Shown: positions 40,751 to 53,600, counted from the stretch's first letter. The stretch: DNA of 64,000 nt from Octopus vulgaris (GCA_951406725.2 OX597814.1:165602001-165666000); one strand, 5' to 3'. Numbers and translations: made by a program. The notes: generated from the sequence alone by a model not told the origin.

Positions 40751-40876
40751 ACAGAAGCAGTCATATCCGTAGCTCAAGAACAAGCGTTAAGGACCAACTA
40801 TGTGAAGTGCAGAATAGCCAACACTACCGACAGCGGCAAATGCAGAATGTGTGGTGAGAGGTGTGAAACGGTATAA
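40751..40876 (+). mobile_element. R4/Dong-type retroelement fragment abutting (AAT)n
   Basis: TEAVISVAQEQALRTNYVKCRIANTTDSGKCRMCGERCETV*, the AQEQAL..CRxC..ET motif before the RLE domain. Confidence 0.8.
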
Positions 40877-41494
40877 GTCCTGATTCATTGAAATAATAGA
40901 CCTTCTATTTTGCAAGACATAGAGAGGGACGTTTGTGAATAACCTTCCAGTGAAGCAGATGCTAAACTAGAACAGTTCAGAACTAATTTTCGATCATAAC
41001 CAAGCTATATGAGGGGCTGTATGACGGGTTATGGAAACCGTCAACATTCATGACAAATAAGATAATGACAAGCCAAGAAGGCGGTTTCGATTTTTGGTTA
41101 AAGTCACATTAGTTTCAGTGTTAATAACGTTGAAAATAGCACTTTCGAAGTCGATCTCTTAAAATCTATCGGTTTCTGCTTAAACAAAGACTAAATATTT
41201 ATGACTCAGCTAATAAATGGTATAAAGTTTAAGACGTGGCCATGTCACATGATGACATTTTTTCCTGTTCGATAATGTCTTGGGATGGAACATCTTAGAC
41301 AAATGGGTTCTTGTTCAAGAAAACGACACAATACTTGGTTGCAGTGTATGTCTAACCAGTTTGATTTAGTAGACCTATGATCAATAACATTCCACCTGTG
41401 ATCATCCCACGTTTTTTTTTTTTCGAACGCAGTGCATTCAGAACTGCAGTTAAGATTGTAAGTATTTGAGAAAGATTAGCTGCTATATTGTATA

Positions 41495-41918
41495 TATTCC
41501 TTTATTGCCCACAAGAGGCTAAACATAGAGGGGACAAACAAGGACAGACAAACGGATTAAGTCGATTACATCGACCCCAGTGCGTAACTGGTACTTTATT
41601 TATCGACCCCGAAAGGGTGAAAGTCAAAGTCGACATCGGCGGAATTTGAACTCAGAACGTAGCGGCAGACGAAATACCTATTTCTATTTCTTTACTACCC
41701 ACAAGAGGCTAAACACAGAGAGGACAAACAAGGATAGACAAACGGATTAAGTCAATTATTAAGTCGATCCCAGTGTGTAACTGGTACTTAATTTATCGAC
41801 CCGAAAGGATGAAAGGCAAAGTCGACCTCGACGGAATTTGAACTCAGAACGTAACGGCAGACGAAATATCGCTAAGCATTTCGCCCGGCGTGCTAACGTT
41901 TCTGCCAGCTCACCGCCT
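41495..41918 (-). mobile_element. SINE-B dimer, 19-bp TSD
   Basis: TSD TTAGCTGCTATATTGTATA at 41476-41494 and 41919-41937. Confidence 0.92.
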
Positions 41919-42906
41919 TTAGCTGCTATATTGTATAGACACCCTAACTGACTTGTGGGCTGTACGCTTTTAGAGTGATTTGCTTTGTGCATTTTCTTTG
42001 CTTTCTTTATAGGTATATATATGCTATATATTTTAGCGGAACCAAAATGGTTTATTAATAATTCCATACCTCACTAATGGGTATAAGTGGCAGAAGTGAA
42101 GAGTATGGCTTCGAAGCCACATTACAGATTCCGTCTTGTCAAGCTTTTCTTTCATACAGTGTTTGTTGCATTGCATAACATATCAGTTTCTTTTGACTGC
42201 CTGGATACAAAAAAACTCCTATATTTTTTATGCAAAGGATAGCGATTGCCATGTTTAAGCCTTTCTCAAGAGATTAATAGGTAAATGAAAATAAAACTGC
42301 ATCAGCCGAAAAAGATCGGAACCAAGTCGTGATCTCGTCTCACCCGAATCTCACCTCTAGTTCACCATTACAGTACATATTGAGACAACGAACTTATTAA
42401 ACATCGTAATTATAATAACAATTGTGCGCCAAGGCATATATGTGTGACGGAATAAAATTTGTTGGTAATCGCCCTCCTTAAGTTAGACCAAATTCATTTA
42501 GTCATAATTAGATATCGAGACCAAAGTAGAACTTCAGTAACATTGAACCAAGGACTTGAAGAAATATCAATGTAACGTTCTTTCAACGGCAATTTAAACT
42601 TTCACTTGTATTTCAAATTTCAAGATTAAAACTTCTTCTCAAGAGTAAGTAGACATTGTTTGTCATATGTGTAAAACATAGCTGTTCGGCACCACCATTT
42701 TCTCCTGATAAAGGGATTATAACTCCGAAATACTGAAATATAAGGTAAAAGTGTAAGCTATTCTTTTGTTTGTTCTGTCCCTATTTTCACGCCTTTGCTT
42801 CTAATGTGCATTGCACGCCTTTCTAAATCAATTTTAACAATTTTAATTCTGTCTCACAATATTATATAAAATCTACGCTACTCTAATATCACTGTTTTCC
42901 CACTAG

Positions 42907-43011
42907 AATGTATACCAGGAAGAAAATGTGGGAACCACCATGTCATTCCATAAAACATTTCCTCGGCGTCCTACCAACTTAATCCACCTGCCGCCACTTA
43001 ATCTCCCGAAG
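42907..43011 (+). CDS. DNAH3: Axonemal dynein heavy chain 3-like, first detectable exon (possible start ATG at 42940)
   Basis: ttttcccactag|AAT..CCGAAG|gtaaga. NVYQEENVGTTMSFHKTFPRRPTNLIHLPPLNLPK; LPPL motif as in the DNAH3 N-terminus; phase 0 fits the next exon. Confidence 0.65.
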
Positions 43012-45540
43012 GTAAGACGTTTATTTAATTTTTTTTCCAGCAACTACATAAATAACAGTAGCAACAAGAACAACAACAACTGCTTTTGCTGCAGTCAGTA
43101 TCTTCAACTACTATTGTTTCTGCTGATTGAATTTCAAGCACCAAATTATAATTGCTATAACTGATCTTTTACTTGTGCAAAAAAGAAAAAAGCCTTATTC
43201 GAAGTGAACCTTACATAATCGATGAAGTCAATCTTCACCATTACCCCTTTTCAAAGTGAAATAATAAAAATAGTGCTTTAATGAAATTAATTTTATCAGC
43301 GATTTCTAATATAGGTGCCAGGCTACACATTTTGAGTGGTGAACATTTTTTGATTTTACATTATTTTCATTGACCGCAGAAAGATGGAAAATAAGTTGAT
43401 TCTAGCGAAATCTGAACTCAGAAAACAAAGAGGCGTAACTAAATACCACAAGGTATTTCCCCGATCCTTTATCGATACCACCATCTCCACAGCAATAATT
43501 TAAAACATAGCACAAGGCTAAAAATTTAGTCAGAGGTAACCAGTAAATTACAATAATTGCAGTTGTTGACCGAAGGTTTCTTTTATTCGATCCTGGAGGG
43601 ATGGCAGGCAAAGTCGACCTGAGTAGGATTTGAACTTGGAACGTAAAGTATCAGAGCTATCACAAAGTATTTTATCTGACCATCCAACGTTTCTACAAAA
43701 ATAATGATTTCTTTGATTTGCCTCAAAAGCGATTGGCAAAGAAGACATTGCCATAAATAGAATATAGTAAAGCAGTGAGTGTTTACGCAAAATCGATTAT
43801 GAAAAAGATAAGGCATGAGAACATAAGGATGGAAAACGCAGGGAATGAGATATTTCGGTGGGACACAACCTCGGGCTAATTAAAGAACTCCACTAAGCAA
43901 GCATTACCTATGATTACCAAAGGCTAGTGTCCTCTCCCAGCTGTGTCTTCCTGCCCACTGTCGCATGTTAAGATTAGATCCACTCACTTGAACCATTCTC
44001 GACACTCACGCCAGCCTTTCATGAAACTCACTGGAGGGCAGCACTTTCCTTTCAATCCCACCTTGTGTCTGAAGAGGTAAATATCTGTTTTTACTCTTTT
44101 CAGTTTTGTCCACCCAACTCTTTTCAGTTTTGTCCACCCAGCAATCTTTTCACCATGGTTTCCAGACAGAAGACTGCCTAACCTTCCTGGTCAAAGGGAG
44201 AAGGAAGGGAGATCCTAATAATGAACTCATCTGAAAGCTTGAGCTATGCGGCTCTCGGTTGTTCGACATAACTTCAGAAGTGTTTTTACATCGTGATTCA
44301 TTTACCTACACTTTGGCAAGTTTCGGAGAGGTTACATAGCTGCAAAGAAAGACAAACAACCCCTATGTTGTCTTATGTACTTGACAAAGAAAAATAAAAT
44401 GTATTAGCCATCAACTACTATCATGTTTCTCACATCCTATTTAATATTCAATTTTATAAATTTTCCTCTATTGAATATGTTTTTATCCACCTAACTATTT
44501 ATATGTAACTTAGGAATCGTGGGAACTATATAATTAATAATTTTGTTAAGAACAATGAGTCTTTTCTTCAGTTTCCATAAGTAATAAAATAAACTACTTT
44601 CATGCAGTTACTTGATTGGATGTCAGGTAGTTAAGCTAACCGCATAATTTGTACGTCATATAAGTCAGGTAGCCATATGATTGGATGTCAGACAGTTTAA
44701 CATGTTACATAATTGGATGTCAAACAGCTGAATGACCTAGTTGATTGAACTTAGCGTTTGACGACATAAGTTGGGGTTTAGTAAACATATCAAGCTCTTA
44801 TTAATTCAGATCTATACGAACAGTCGATATTTCACCATCTTATATTGCAAATAATGCAGACTGGCAGACAACAAAACTAGGCCATTTACGACGTCTAGGC
44901 TATTGCTACACTGTTCCAAGATTAAAATCTTATAGTTGACATCTTGCTTCTCAAATGTCAGGCAGCAGAGGAAAATTATCGTGAAATGATAGAATCAAGA
45001 ACTTAACATCTTATATGAGCAAGCCATTAATGGATTATAGCTTTATTGAATTGTAAATGTGACCGGTGAAATCTAGTAATTCTTCCGATCACAAGCAAAG
45101 AAAGATTTGCATTTCAGACTGCAAACCAATTTTTCATCATTACTGCTGCTTATAACGGTGATTCTTTCCACCATGTGATATCTATTTACTGTTTGATGGC
45201 CTGAGCCATTGTCAGTTATGTGTCTTCTCTAAAGAAACACAGTAGAAGAAACACTCGCTCGACCACCCGAAGTGTTGTCTGATATCTAATCGGCTCAAAC
45301 TATTTGCTGTGCATATCAATAGTAACATCAGAATGAAGAAGTATCAATCGTTAACATTTCTTTCTTCTTAACAAAAAAAAAAACGTTTAAGCCTAACAAC
45401 CCCAAATACTTCAGTTTAACACTAAAATACCCTTAAGCATAAAAACAAAAATCCTTTAAGAGTATTAGATCAAACGCGCTTAAGCTTAATTTTAAAATGG
45501 AATTCATTATATGACGATATGCAATCTTATATTGTTTCAG

Positions 45541-45709
45541 AATGCTCTTAGTGAAAAACCGAAAATCTTAGATCGAGGTTCATTTACCCAAGCAGCTCCA
45601 GTCAAAGAACAAAAGGAACACCGCAGAGTGAGTGATGCTATTGCTAACAACTATAGTCCCAGAGCGAGTCACTTGACCACATCTTTAATCTATGAAACGA
45701 CAAAATATG
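45541..45709 (+). CDS. DNAH3: DNAH3-like exon (phase 0-1)
   Basis: ttgtttcag|..TATG|gtaaga. NALSEKPKILDRGSFTQAAPVKEQKEHRRVSDAIANNYSPRASHL resembles recalled vertebrate DNAH3 SWTLAAPFKEQHHHRGPSDSIANNYS. Confidence 0.9.
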
Positions 45710-46055
45710 GTAAGAACAAACAGTCAAATGTAATGCTTTGTAGTAGAAAATTTTCTAGAGAAAAATATGCAAATATAAAACAGTAGACATCGGTTTACAT
45801 TTCAGTTTTGTATTAAACTATCAAATACATTTGATTATAAAAATGTCAAATAAATTTCAGGATGTATTAAAACGTAGAAAGAAATTGAAATTTACTTTTG
45901 GCCAATCAAATTGGACAATCAAATTACGTATCTGTCCAATCTGTCTGATAAGATAGAAACAATTTAACGATATGTGTATACAATATCACTAACATACAAT
46001 CAGATGTATTATGTCATGACAAAATATGCAAAAAAGTGATACATCAGTATCACAC

Positions 46056-46252
46056 GGCGAGTTGGCAGAAACGTTAGCACGCCGGGCGAAATGCTTAGCT
46101 GCATTTCGTCTGTCTTTACGTTCTGAGTTCAAATTCCGCCGAGGTCAACTTTGCCTTTCGGGGTCGATAAATTAAGCACCAGTTGCGTATTGGGGGTCGA
46201 TCTAATCGACTGTCCCCATCCCAAAAAAAATTTCGGGCCTATTGCTAGAAAA
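46056..46252 (+). mobile_element. SINE-B, intronic
   Basis: GGCGAGTTGGCAGAAACGTTAGCACGCCGGGCG..GAGTTCAAATTCCGCC. Confidence 0.9.
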
Positions 46253-46670
46253 GTTAAATGACCTAGTTGATTGAACTTAGCGTCTGACGACATTTAGTAA
46301 GTTTTTATTAATTCAGATCTATACGAACAGTCGATATTTCACCATCTTATAATGCAGACTGGCAGACACCAAGACTAGGTCATTTACGTTGTCTAAGTTA
46401 TTGTTACACTGTTCCAGGATTAAAATCTTATAGTTGTTATCTTGTTTCTCAAATGTCAGGCAGCAGTAACATTCTTCCTTTTATTAGAGTACCACATACA
46501 GTAGTACCTCGGTTTTCGAACAACTCGGATCACGAATAAATCGTCTCTTTTCTTTCTCATATTCATCTAATAGAGTAGTACCACAGTTTACGAACGTCTC
46601 TGCTCACGAATAAATCAAGATACATTGCTCTAATGATTGGTTCTTTCTTTATTTTTCTCGATATTTGTAG

Positions 46671-46755
46671 GTTTTACTCTTGAAGAAATGCATATGTTTT
46701 GTCCGCGAGCCCAATTTGAGAAAACAGCCACTGTGACAACTGATCAAAAATATCC
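46671..46755 (+). CDS. DNAH3: DNAH3-like exon (phase 1-2)
   Basis: atatttgtag|GT..TATCC|gtaaga. GFTLEEMHMFCPRAQFEKTATVTTDQKYP; reconciles the phases of the flanking exons. Confidence 0.75.
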
Positions 46756-48113
46756 GTAAGAACTATTCCTATTTGAAAGAAGGGGATAATGGTCAAATGT
46801 CGGTTTCAATAAGCATCATAAGTATTGATTTCATTTGACTAATCTCTATATTTTGGGAGAAAGGGAATGTTTCGTTCAACCTGAGGAGGTGAGGTAATAG
46901 TCATAAATATTTTCACCCTGGTGAGGTTAACTGTATTGGTATTCATCTTGATCTATTTAGGTTGATACTGGTAGGGAAAATGTGGTAGGGAGATGCAGAT
47001 CCAAGAGCATAAAAGATTTAATGGGTGACACATAGTAAATATACTGAGAGATAGTGAGGTGGATATACAAATCGACTTTGATGTGTAACGTTCAGCTTAC
47101 GGGATCAGAGGAGGAGAAACTATTTTAGCAGAGGTAGAAGATAAGGAAGAAGTACCAGCTTATCTGTGGACCGGTAAGTGTATTAGGCTCAATGATGCAT
47201 TTCTTCTAATTTGCTCGATGGTCTTGTTTTGAAATAAATATTGGTTGTGGTTAGAGGGAGTTTGACTGTAGCTGTTACATCTTCCAAGTCATGAGTAATG
47301 TTCTAATGTTGATTTTCCTGTACTTTGTAGAGGCTAAGCAACTTCAAGGTAAAGTATATTTTGGTTTTGACGAAACACTTTTGCCTTTGAGCTCAGTTTC
47401 GGGAAATATTATTTGAAGTGCAGTCGCCATAAAAGAGTATCATAAATTGTGAATCCAAATATATTTAGCAAAATTCAGCCGTAAGAATTACAATTGTATG
47501 ATGCAAATTGCCTTTGCTAGAAGTTAAGCGATATATACAAAGGTAAATATGTATTAAACCGATTCACAGGCCAACAGCGTTTTCTTTATGAAGCTTAAGA
47601 TAGCTGAATGAATTGAGTTCTGTATAAAACTCCTTGTAAGTCAAAACTATTATGACCTTCAATAAAGACATAAAACGTTACAGTATTTTAAATTTATTTG
47701 ATATCATTGTATTCAATAATTTCAAAGATGTTGAAGTTGGTGAAAGTATTTCTGAAAGAAATGAACAATGATGACAGTTCATCATCCAAGAGAAACATAA
47801 TGCCTAGGATGAATAATTGTCCGATCTTCTGTTAAACTAAACTTTGAGGAAAATTTTTACTTGCTTTGTCCTAAACCTAAGAAATTAACCAAATAGTCTA
47901 TATTATATATATACAGTTACTTATCAGAAATGTAACGACAAATCTATGTCTTACAAAATTTTTAACTCCCGCTTCATGATGTTAACATGTATAAAATGTA
48001 TCTTGCCAAATTTGATTTTTAATGATTTCTGCTAGAGGAAAATATTGGAATGTAAACCATTGCATTGTCTTTGGCTATACTGTTAGCTATATTTCTGTCA
48101 TTTTTTCTTTCAG

Positions 48114-48241
48114 GCTTTCTAAAATAATCAGAACACCTTCAGAACTGTCACACGAGGGAACATCTTTAACTAAATCTACTCATATCTCAGAATTCCATAG
48201 CATTCCATCAACTATCCAAAGTACGCCACCTCGCAAAGTGG
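48114..48241 (+). CDS. DNAH3: DNAH3-like exon (phase 2-1)
   Basis: ttttctttcag|G..GTGG|gtaagt. LSKIIRTPSELSHEGTSLTKSTHISEFHSIPSTIQSTPPRKV. Confidence 0.78.
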
Positions 48242-48282
48242 GTAAGTATTCTGAGGTTTCTAACGTGACGGATGATATAATT

Positions 48283-48572
48283 ACAGAAGTGGGCTGAAAA
48301 TTTCACAGGCTGGCATTGAAAGAGTGATCCTAGAGCTTATAAATAACTGCATTGTTTCTTTCCAGGTAAACTGACATCTGACTGTTCAAAGAAAACCTCA
48401 AAAGTAACTAGTAGCGACTTCTCTTGAAAAACGTAATGTTATCAAGTACCCGCAGAGAACAGTTTTAGTCCCAAGAACATTCCGACTGACATCGTTACTA
48501 CATTAGGGACGACGCTCTATCTTTATTAACAGTGCAAAAGTAGGCAACTGAATTTTCGAGGGAAAGGGAGAG
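48283..48572 (+). mobile_element. Mariner 5' remnant (TIR plus HTH-coding start)
   Basis: Terminus-like GTGGGCTGAAAATTTCACAGGCTG, then decayed RNVIKY..SPKNI..DIVTTLG..TVQK*ATEF. Confidence 0.6.
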
Positions 48573-48790
48573 TTGTATTTCTATTCGTCTTCTTCACTCA
48601 TTCTACTCTTAAATTCTCTTCGCATAATGATGTGAGCTGCTAGATGCCAATCTCTCCATCCTGAAGGCGGGAGCCAGCTTTGCGTTAATGCTTATATGTA
48701 TCTACTGTTAGTTGCATATCCTTGTAAATTTCTCCTGTTAGTATATAAATATCTATATGCATATGCACGAAGGTTCCTTTTCTGAATATT

Positions 48791-48847
<57 letters not shown>

Positions 48848-48853
48848 AATATA

Positions 48854-50200
48854 TCTATATATATAAAACTGAGAATGTGTGTCTGTCTGTCCGTCTGTCT
48901 GTGTGTTTCCCTAAAACTTGAGAACTACAAAATCAATTTCATTCAAATTTTACACATACCTTACTTAGGGTCCGGGGAGTGTCATCGACAAAAAATTAAC
49001 TTTTTGCCTAGAGCAAGCCCACAGCAATATCATATCTTCTCCACTATGATTCCTAAAACTTGAGCACTACACAACCAATTTCATTCAAATTTTACACATG
49101 CCTTACTTAGGGTCCATGTAGTTTCATGGGCAAAAGAAATGTTCAACTTCTTGCCTAGGGCGAGCCCATAGCAATATCATATCTTCTCCACTATTTCAGA
49201 ATTACGTGTTAAAAGTGAAACAAAAACATTTCTCTATTTTATGTCTGATACTTTCACTTTAACAATAAAAATAATATTAACAATTGAATTATATGTAGTA
49301 AGTAATAATTGAAATCAAACTAAAGTATAATATAATCGTAACATAACAAAAGTAAAAATAGCAATTGGTATAAAATTGCATCAATGACTTGAAGTTGAAT
49401 AAGTAGTTTCACATGAATGGGAATAAATTAAAAATAAAATTAGTGTGCAGAAATGGAATAGTCCAGATGGAGCTGTGCACATACCTTTTACCACAGATTT
49501 TACATTAGATTATCTGCTAATTAGCTAGCATTAAGTATCTATATGAAGTTTGGCTGTATGTAATGTCTGTTTTCTCGAACAGTCGCTCCTACTGAGTTGA
49601 TACGTGTCAATTTTTTCCCTGTTAATATTGTTATTGTTACTGTGAATTATTGTTATTGTTTTTAAAAAGAACCCTTATTTGCTTTCTTTGAAAGCTATTC
49701 GTTGAAATTCCCCCCTGCGGGGGAATTATTGTTATCTTGTGGCTCTTTAAGCCAATTTTTGTGAAAGGCTTTTGAAGCCAATTTTGTGAAAGGCTTTTTT
49801 AAGCCAACTTGTTGTGGGAAAATGGAAATGCATACACCTTTCTCTTTCTCACCTGTGTCGGGTGAAGAAGGTAGTTCACCAGCAGTAACACCGAGAAAAC
49901 AAAATGTTGTGCAAAAAGAAAAAACGCTAGCAGTCTCACCGAAGAAATTCGCAGAGGTAGCTGGTAAAAAGGAAAAGAAGCTAAATACTGAAAAGAGTAA
50001 TTTAGAAAAATATATGCACATGTTGAAAAAAGAAGGAACGGAAATTACAGTGGCTGCAACAGAAGGAACGACCGACGCAGTAAATAGGAAAAGGATCATC
50101 TACAAGACGTACAGCATAGTACAGGGTAGGCACAGTTGGGACGCCTTCGACCAGAGCTGATCTAACACTAAAAAATATCAGCAACAACGAAATGTTTGAG
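48854..50200 (+). mobile_element. Non-autonomous Helitron-like element, 5' part with an internal tandem duplication (right end uncertain)
   Basis: A|TCTATATATATAAAACTGAGAATGTGTGTCTGTCTG 5' end. ~140-bp unit CCTAAAACTTGAG..CTTCTCCACTAT repeated at ~48910 and ~49052. Confidence 0.6.
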
Positions 50201-50390
50201 AGTGCTTAGTCTTTCCTCCAATGTCTTGATTTCAAATTTCGGTGGAAATCACTTTGCATTACAGCCCACTTTTGCCAATAAAATAACTACTAGTTCCGTA
50301 ATGACTGATATTAATCAATTATAGCCTTCCTCGTAAATGTATCTTCTTGAGACCAGAAGAGAAATCATAAATTTTCATTTCATATTTTAG

Positions 50391-50538
50391 AATCGTCAGC
50401 AAACAGTAGTCACTCAGTTCAGAAAAGAGAATATAGTGAATTCGAAAAACGAATATTAGATGTTCAATTTTACTCCAAGAATTATTTGAGCGAGGGCTTG
50501 CCTCGGTCTGGCACACCTATCGGGACAGATCTGACCAG
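50391..50538 (+). CDS. DNAH3: DNAH3-like exon (phase 1-2)
   Basis: catattttag|AA..ACCAG|gtaagt. ESSANSSHSVQKREYSEFEKRILDVQFYSKNYLSEGLPRSGTPIGTDLTR joins YY of the next exon (compare DNAH3 SDLERYYY). Confidence 0.85.
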
Positions 50539-51164
50539 GTAAGTAAAAGCTCAGCAAATTAAGCGGCGAAACTATCTTTTAATAAATTTGAGCATATCTC
50601 GGAATATTATAAACATTTTTTTACAAAGTGATTTTTGTGCAGGAGAAGAATAAATTATTGAGTTGCCGACAAGAAATAAATAGTGGTGTGTGAAAGAATC
50701 ACCAAGTCAATATACTAAAATGTATACTTCGCAATAGAGAAAACAAAGCAAAAAGTACGAATCCAGAGTTGTCTCCAGGAGTTGGGGGAGGGAGAATATA
50801 ATGGATGATGAAATAAACAGCTATGAATTTGTTTCTTTATTGCCCATACAGCATTGAATTATGTATCTTTTAATGCTACAATCTTTTCGCCCTTATTTCA
50901 GAATATTTTACAATCATAACTCCGTATTGTTTTGGGTCGTCATTAAATAAAACGTCGTTTTCGTTTCTTTCCGTGATAGTTGCTCACTATAACTTACTTT
51001 CCCTTTCCTACGATCTCCGAATGCCTCATCACCATATACATAATATTAGTTTGACCAGAACTCTGTACTGATTTCATTCATAAGTTATTACAATTTCCTT
51101 GTCCATTAGGACTCAGAGTATACTATTAACTGATCATAACTTTTTATTATTTTTCTTTTGTTAG

Positions 51165-51306
51165 GTATTACAATCTCATGGCGAAGGCAATTGACTCAGA
51201 TTTTATCACTCCACTCACCATAGAGTTTCTCGAACATACACAGCATTTTAGTAGTAACGATACACTTTTGACGGCTTTTCCAAAACTAACCAATCAACTC
51301 CTAAAG
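51165..51306 (+). CDS. DNAH3: DNAH3-like exon (phase 2-0)
   Basis: ttttgttag|G..CTAAAG|gtaaaa. YYNLMAKAIDSDFITPLTIEFLEHTQHFSSNDTLLTAFPKLTNQLLK. Confidence 0.88.
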
Positions 51307-51461
51307 GTAAAAGTGTCACACGGTTAATTAGATTTCATATATTTTCGTATCTTAATAATAATTTTTGCATTAAATTTTTTTTCGCCCTATATAACTTCGT
51401 CTAGAGACTGCATTTTGTATAATATGTATGTTTCTATATTAAATTTCTATGATATTAAAAC

Positions 51462-52455
51462 AGTGCGAGCAGTGGCGTGCCTCAAGGTTCAGTGCTTGGG
51501 CCCTTGTTGTTCTTAGTCTTCATAAATGACTTGCCCGACGACCTCACGCAACACACCCTTCTATTTGCCGACGATATCAAACTGGTCGCTCCTCGCGGTA
51601 ATATAGAGGATCTTCGTCGATGCCTCCACCAAATTTGGAAGTGGTCTAACAATTGGGACCTGTGTCTGAACGTGTCAAAGTGCTGTCATCTGCCTGTCGG
51701 CTCTACTCCTGCAACTCAACTTGATTTCGAGCCGGGTCGTCTGCTGCTGGAGAGGACCGATCAGGTAAAGGACCTAGGTATCTTGGTGGATTCCTCCTTT
51801 TCGCCTTCGGCCCAGTGCGTCCATGCTGCCAACAAAGCACGCGGAATTCTGTTCTTGATTCGACGGTCATTCGGAATGCTCACAGCAGCCATATTCCTAC
51901 CACTCTATGTCACGCTGGTGAGACCCATATTGGAGTATGGGATTCAAGCCTCTTCTCCTTATCTCCTCAAAGACATACAGCATCTCGAAAGAGTCCAGAA
52001 GCTGGCTACCCGCATGGTTCATAGTCTCAAAAATTTGTCCTACGAAGAAAGGCTGAGGACGCTCGACCTTTATTCTCTTGAAAAACGCCGCCGCCGTGGT
52101 GATCTCATTCTCGCCCACAACATCATAAGCGGAAAGTGTAACCTCTCGAAAGAGCTGTTCTTCACTCCTGCTCCAGAGCGTCGGCTGCGGGGTCATTCCG
52201 AAAAGCTCTAACTGCGACGATTTCATCTCAATCAAAGGAGAGGAGCTTTCTCCGTCCGGGTTGCGGATCCGTGTAACAAGCTGCCAGACGAGATGGTGAA
52301 GATGTCGACGACCGCTTTGTTCAAAGCCTCCCTTGACCTCAAGTGGCCTGAACTCTTTACATGAACACCACCCTGTACTTAACTCCATGTCCCCCTACAT
52401 GGCCTTGCTATTTGCTTTTGAGCCAAATTAACTAACTAACTAACTAACTAACTAA
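51462..52455 (+). mobile_element. 5'-truncated CR1-group LINE (RT C-terminal half, 3' UTR, (AACT)n tail), young
   Basis: SGVPQGSVLGPLLFLVFINDLP, LFADD, KDLGI, YVTLVRPILEY, LERVQKLATR, LSYEERL. One premature TAA at 52209-52211, natural TGA at 52362-52364, (AACT)n at ~52430-52455. Confidence 0.95.
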
Positions 52456-52929
52456 GATAAATGATTTTTGTATCAATGATAGCAATGATCCTCTTTGATA
52501 ATTTCTTTACCATGTTTCTCAATATTTATAACGTTTCTTTTGTTCTTTTTTTTTCGGTCCGGTGCTCTTTTGAGGTTCCATATTAAACAATATATATAAT
52601 CAATATAAATTTGAACCAATATGTTCTGTATAGAAAACTGCATAATATAGGTATAGCACCATGTACGTTAGCAATACAATACAGTAAAAGATCTTACATG
52701 GGAATCTTTCATATAACAATGTATAATATACTTGTACGTCTGTATAGCAAATTATGTGTGTATACCTCTGTATGTTTGTATGTTCGTGTGTGTATGTATG
52801 TATGTATGTATGTATGTATGTATGTATGTATTATGTATTATGCATTTATGTATCATGTATATATGTACTTATCTACTCTCTTCCATTCAATCATGTTCCC
52901 CACTTGCATTCACACAGGCCTAGAGCAGA

Positions 52930-53600
52930 AACAGCTCTGAATGCTTCGAACAAATATGCCCATCAAATATGACAATGCCCCTTCTAGTACACACAAAACA
53001 TTGCACTCAGGACTTGCCCGTGTATTCGCCAAGTTCTTTAATCTCGCACTTTCTACAAGGATATGTCTGATATTTGAAAACACACATCAGTGTTTCATTC
53101 CAAAGAAAAGCAACCTCTTTGGGTTAGCCAAATATCGTCCTGTAGCATCTGTAGCATCTCTAAGGTAATGGAGATAGCTATTTACAGTGACGTTCTCCAA
53201 CACCATGAATGCTGCCTCTCACCTCAGTGACCACCTGTAGGGCTTCTACAAAACCTGATCCATTTGAATCCTACTTTCAAAGCTAGATCCCACAGTGTTA
53301 CTCACTTGTAGGTTGTTGCCTAGGAAAATGTTGTGAAATCAATATTGTTGCTAAAACCTTTGAATGCGTTTGGCATGCGAATCTCATATCAAAACTCTTC
53401 ACTTATGAGTCTCTCAGACATGAGTCATGTGGGACTCGTAAGGAAGGATAAGTAGCATCTTATCAAATCACACGATCGCGGTATGTGTTGAGGATGGTAT
53501 TTCCGCCCTACTACCAATCAACTCTGATATGCACTAAGGTTCGGTTTTGTTCCCCATTCTCTTCCTTTTGTACATCAATGACCTAACATTCAGATGCTAC
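52930..53600 (+). mobile_element. Old decayed LINE RT fragment (Jockey/CR1/L2 group)
   Basis: IPKKSN..KYRPVAS..KTFECVWH..INSD..GSVLFPILFLLYINDL, with stops and frameshifts. Confidence 0.75.

Larger units (their letters stand above)
44731..46466. repeat. Direct repeat pair (44731-44968 and 46257-46466) flanking a dynein exon
   Basis: AATGACCTAGTTGATTGAACTTAGCGT ... TCAAATGTCAGGCAGCAG in both copies, with small indels. Confidence 0.9.

Noticed and set aside
46780-47340. Possible Penelope RT remnant on the minus strand
   Set aside because: Too degenerate to read diagnostic motifs.
49786-50160. 124-aa lysine-rich ORF inside a dynein intron
   Set aside because: The flanking exons already join in phase without it, there are no convincing splice sites, and it follows a Helitron-like 5' end. 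Probably element-internal.
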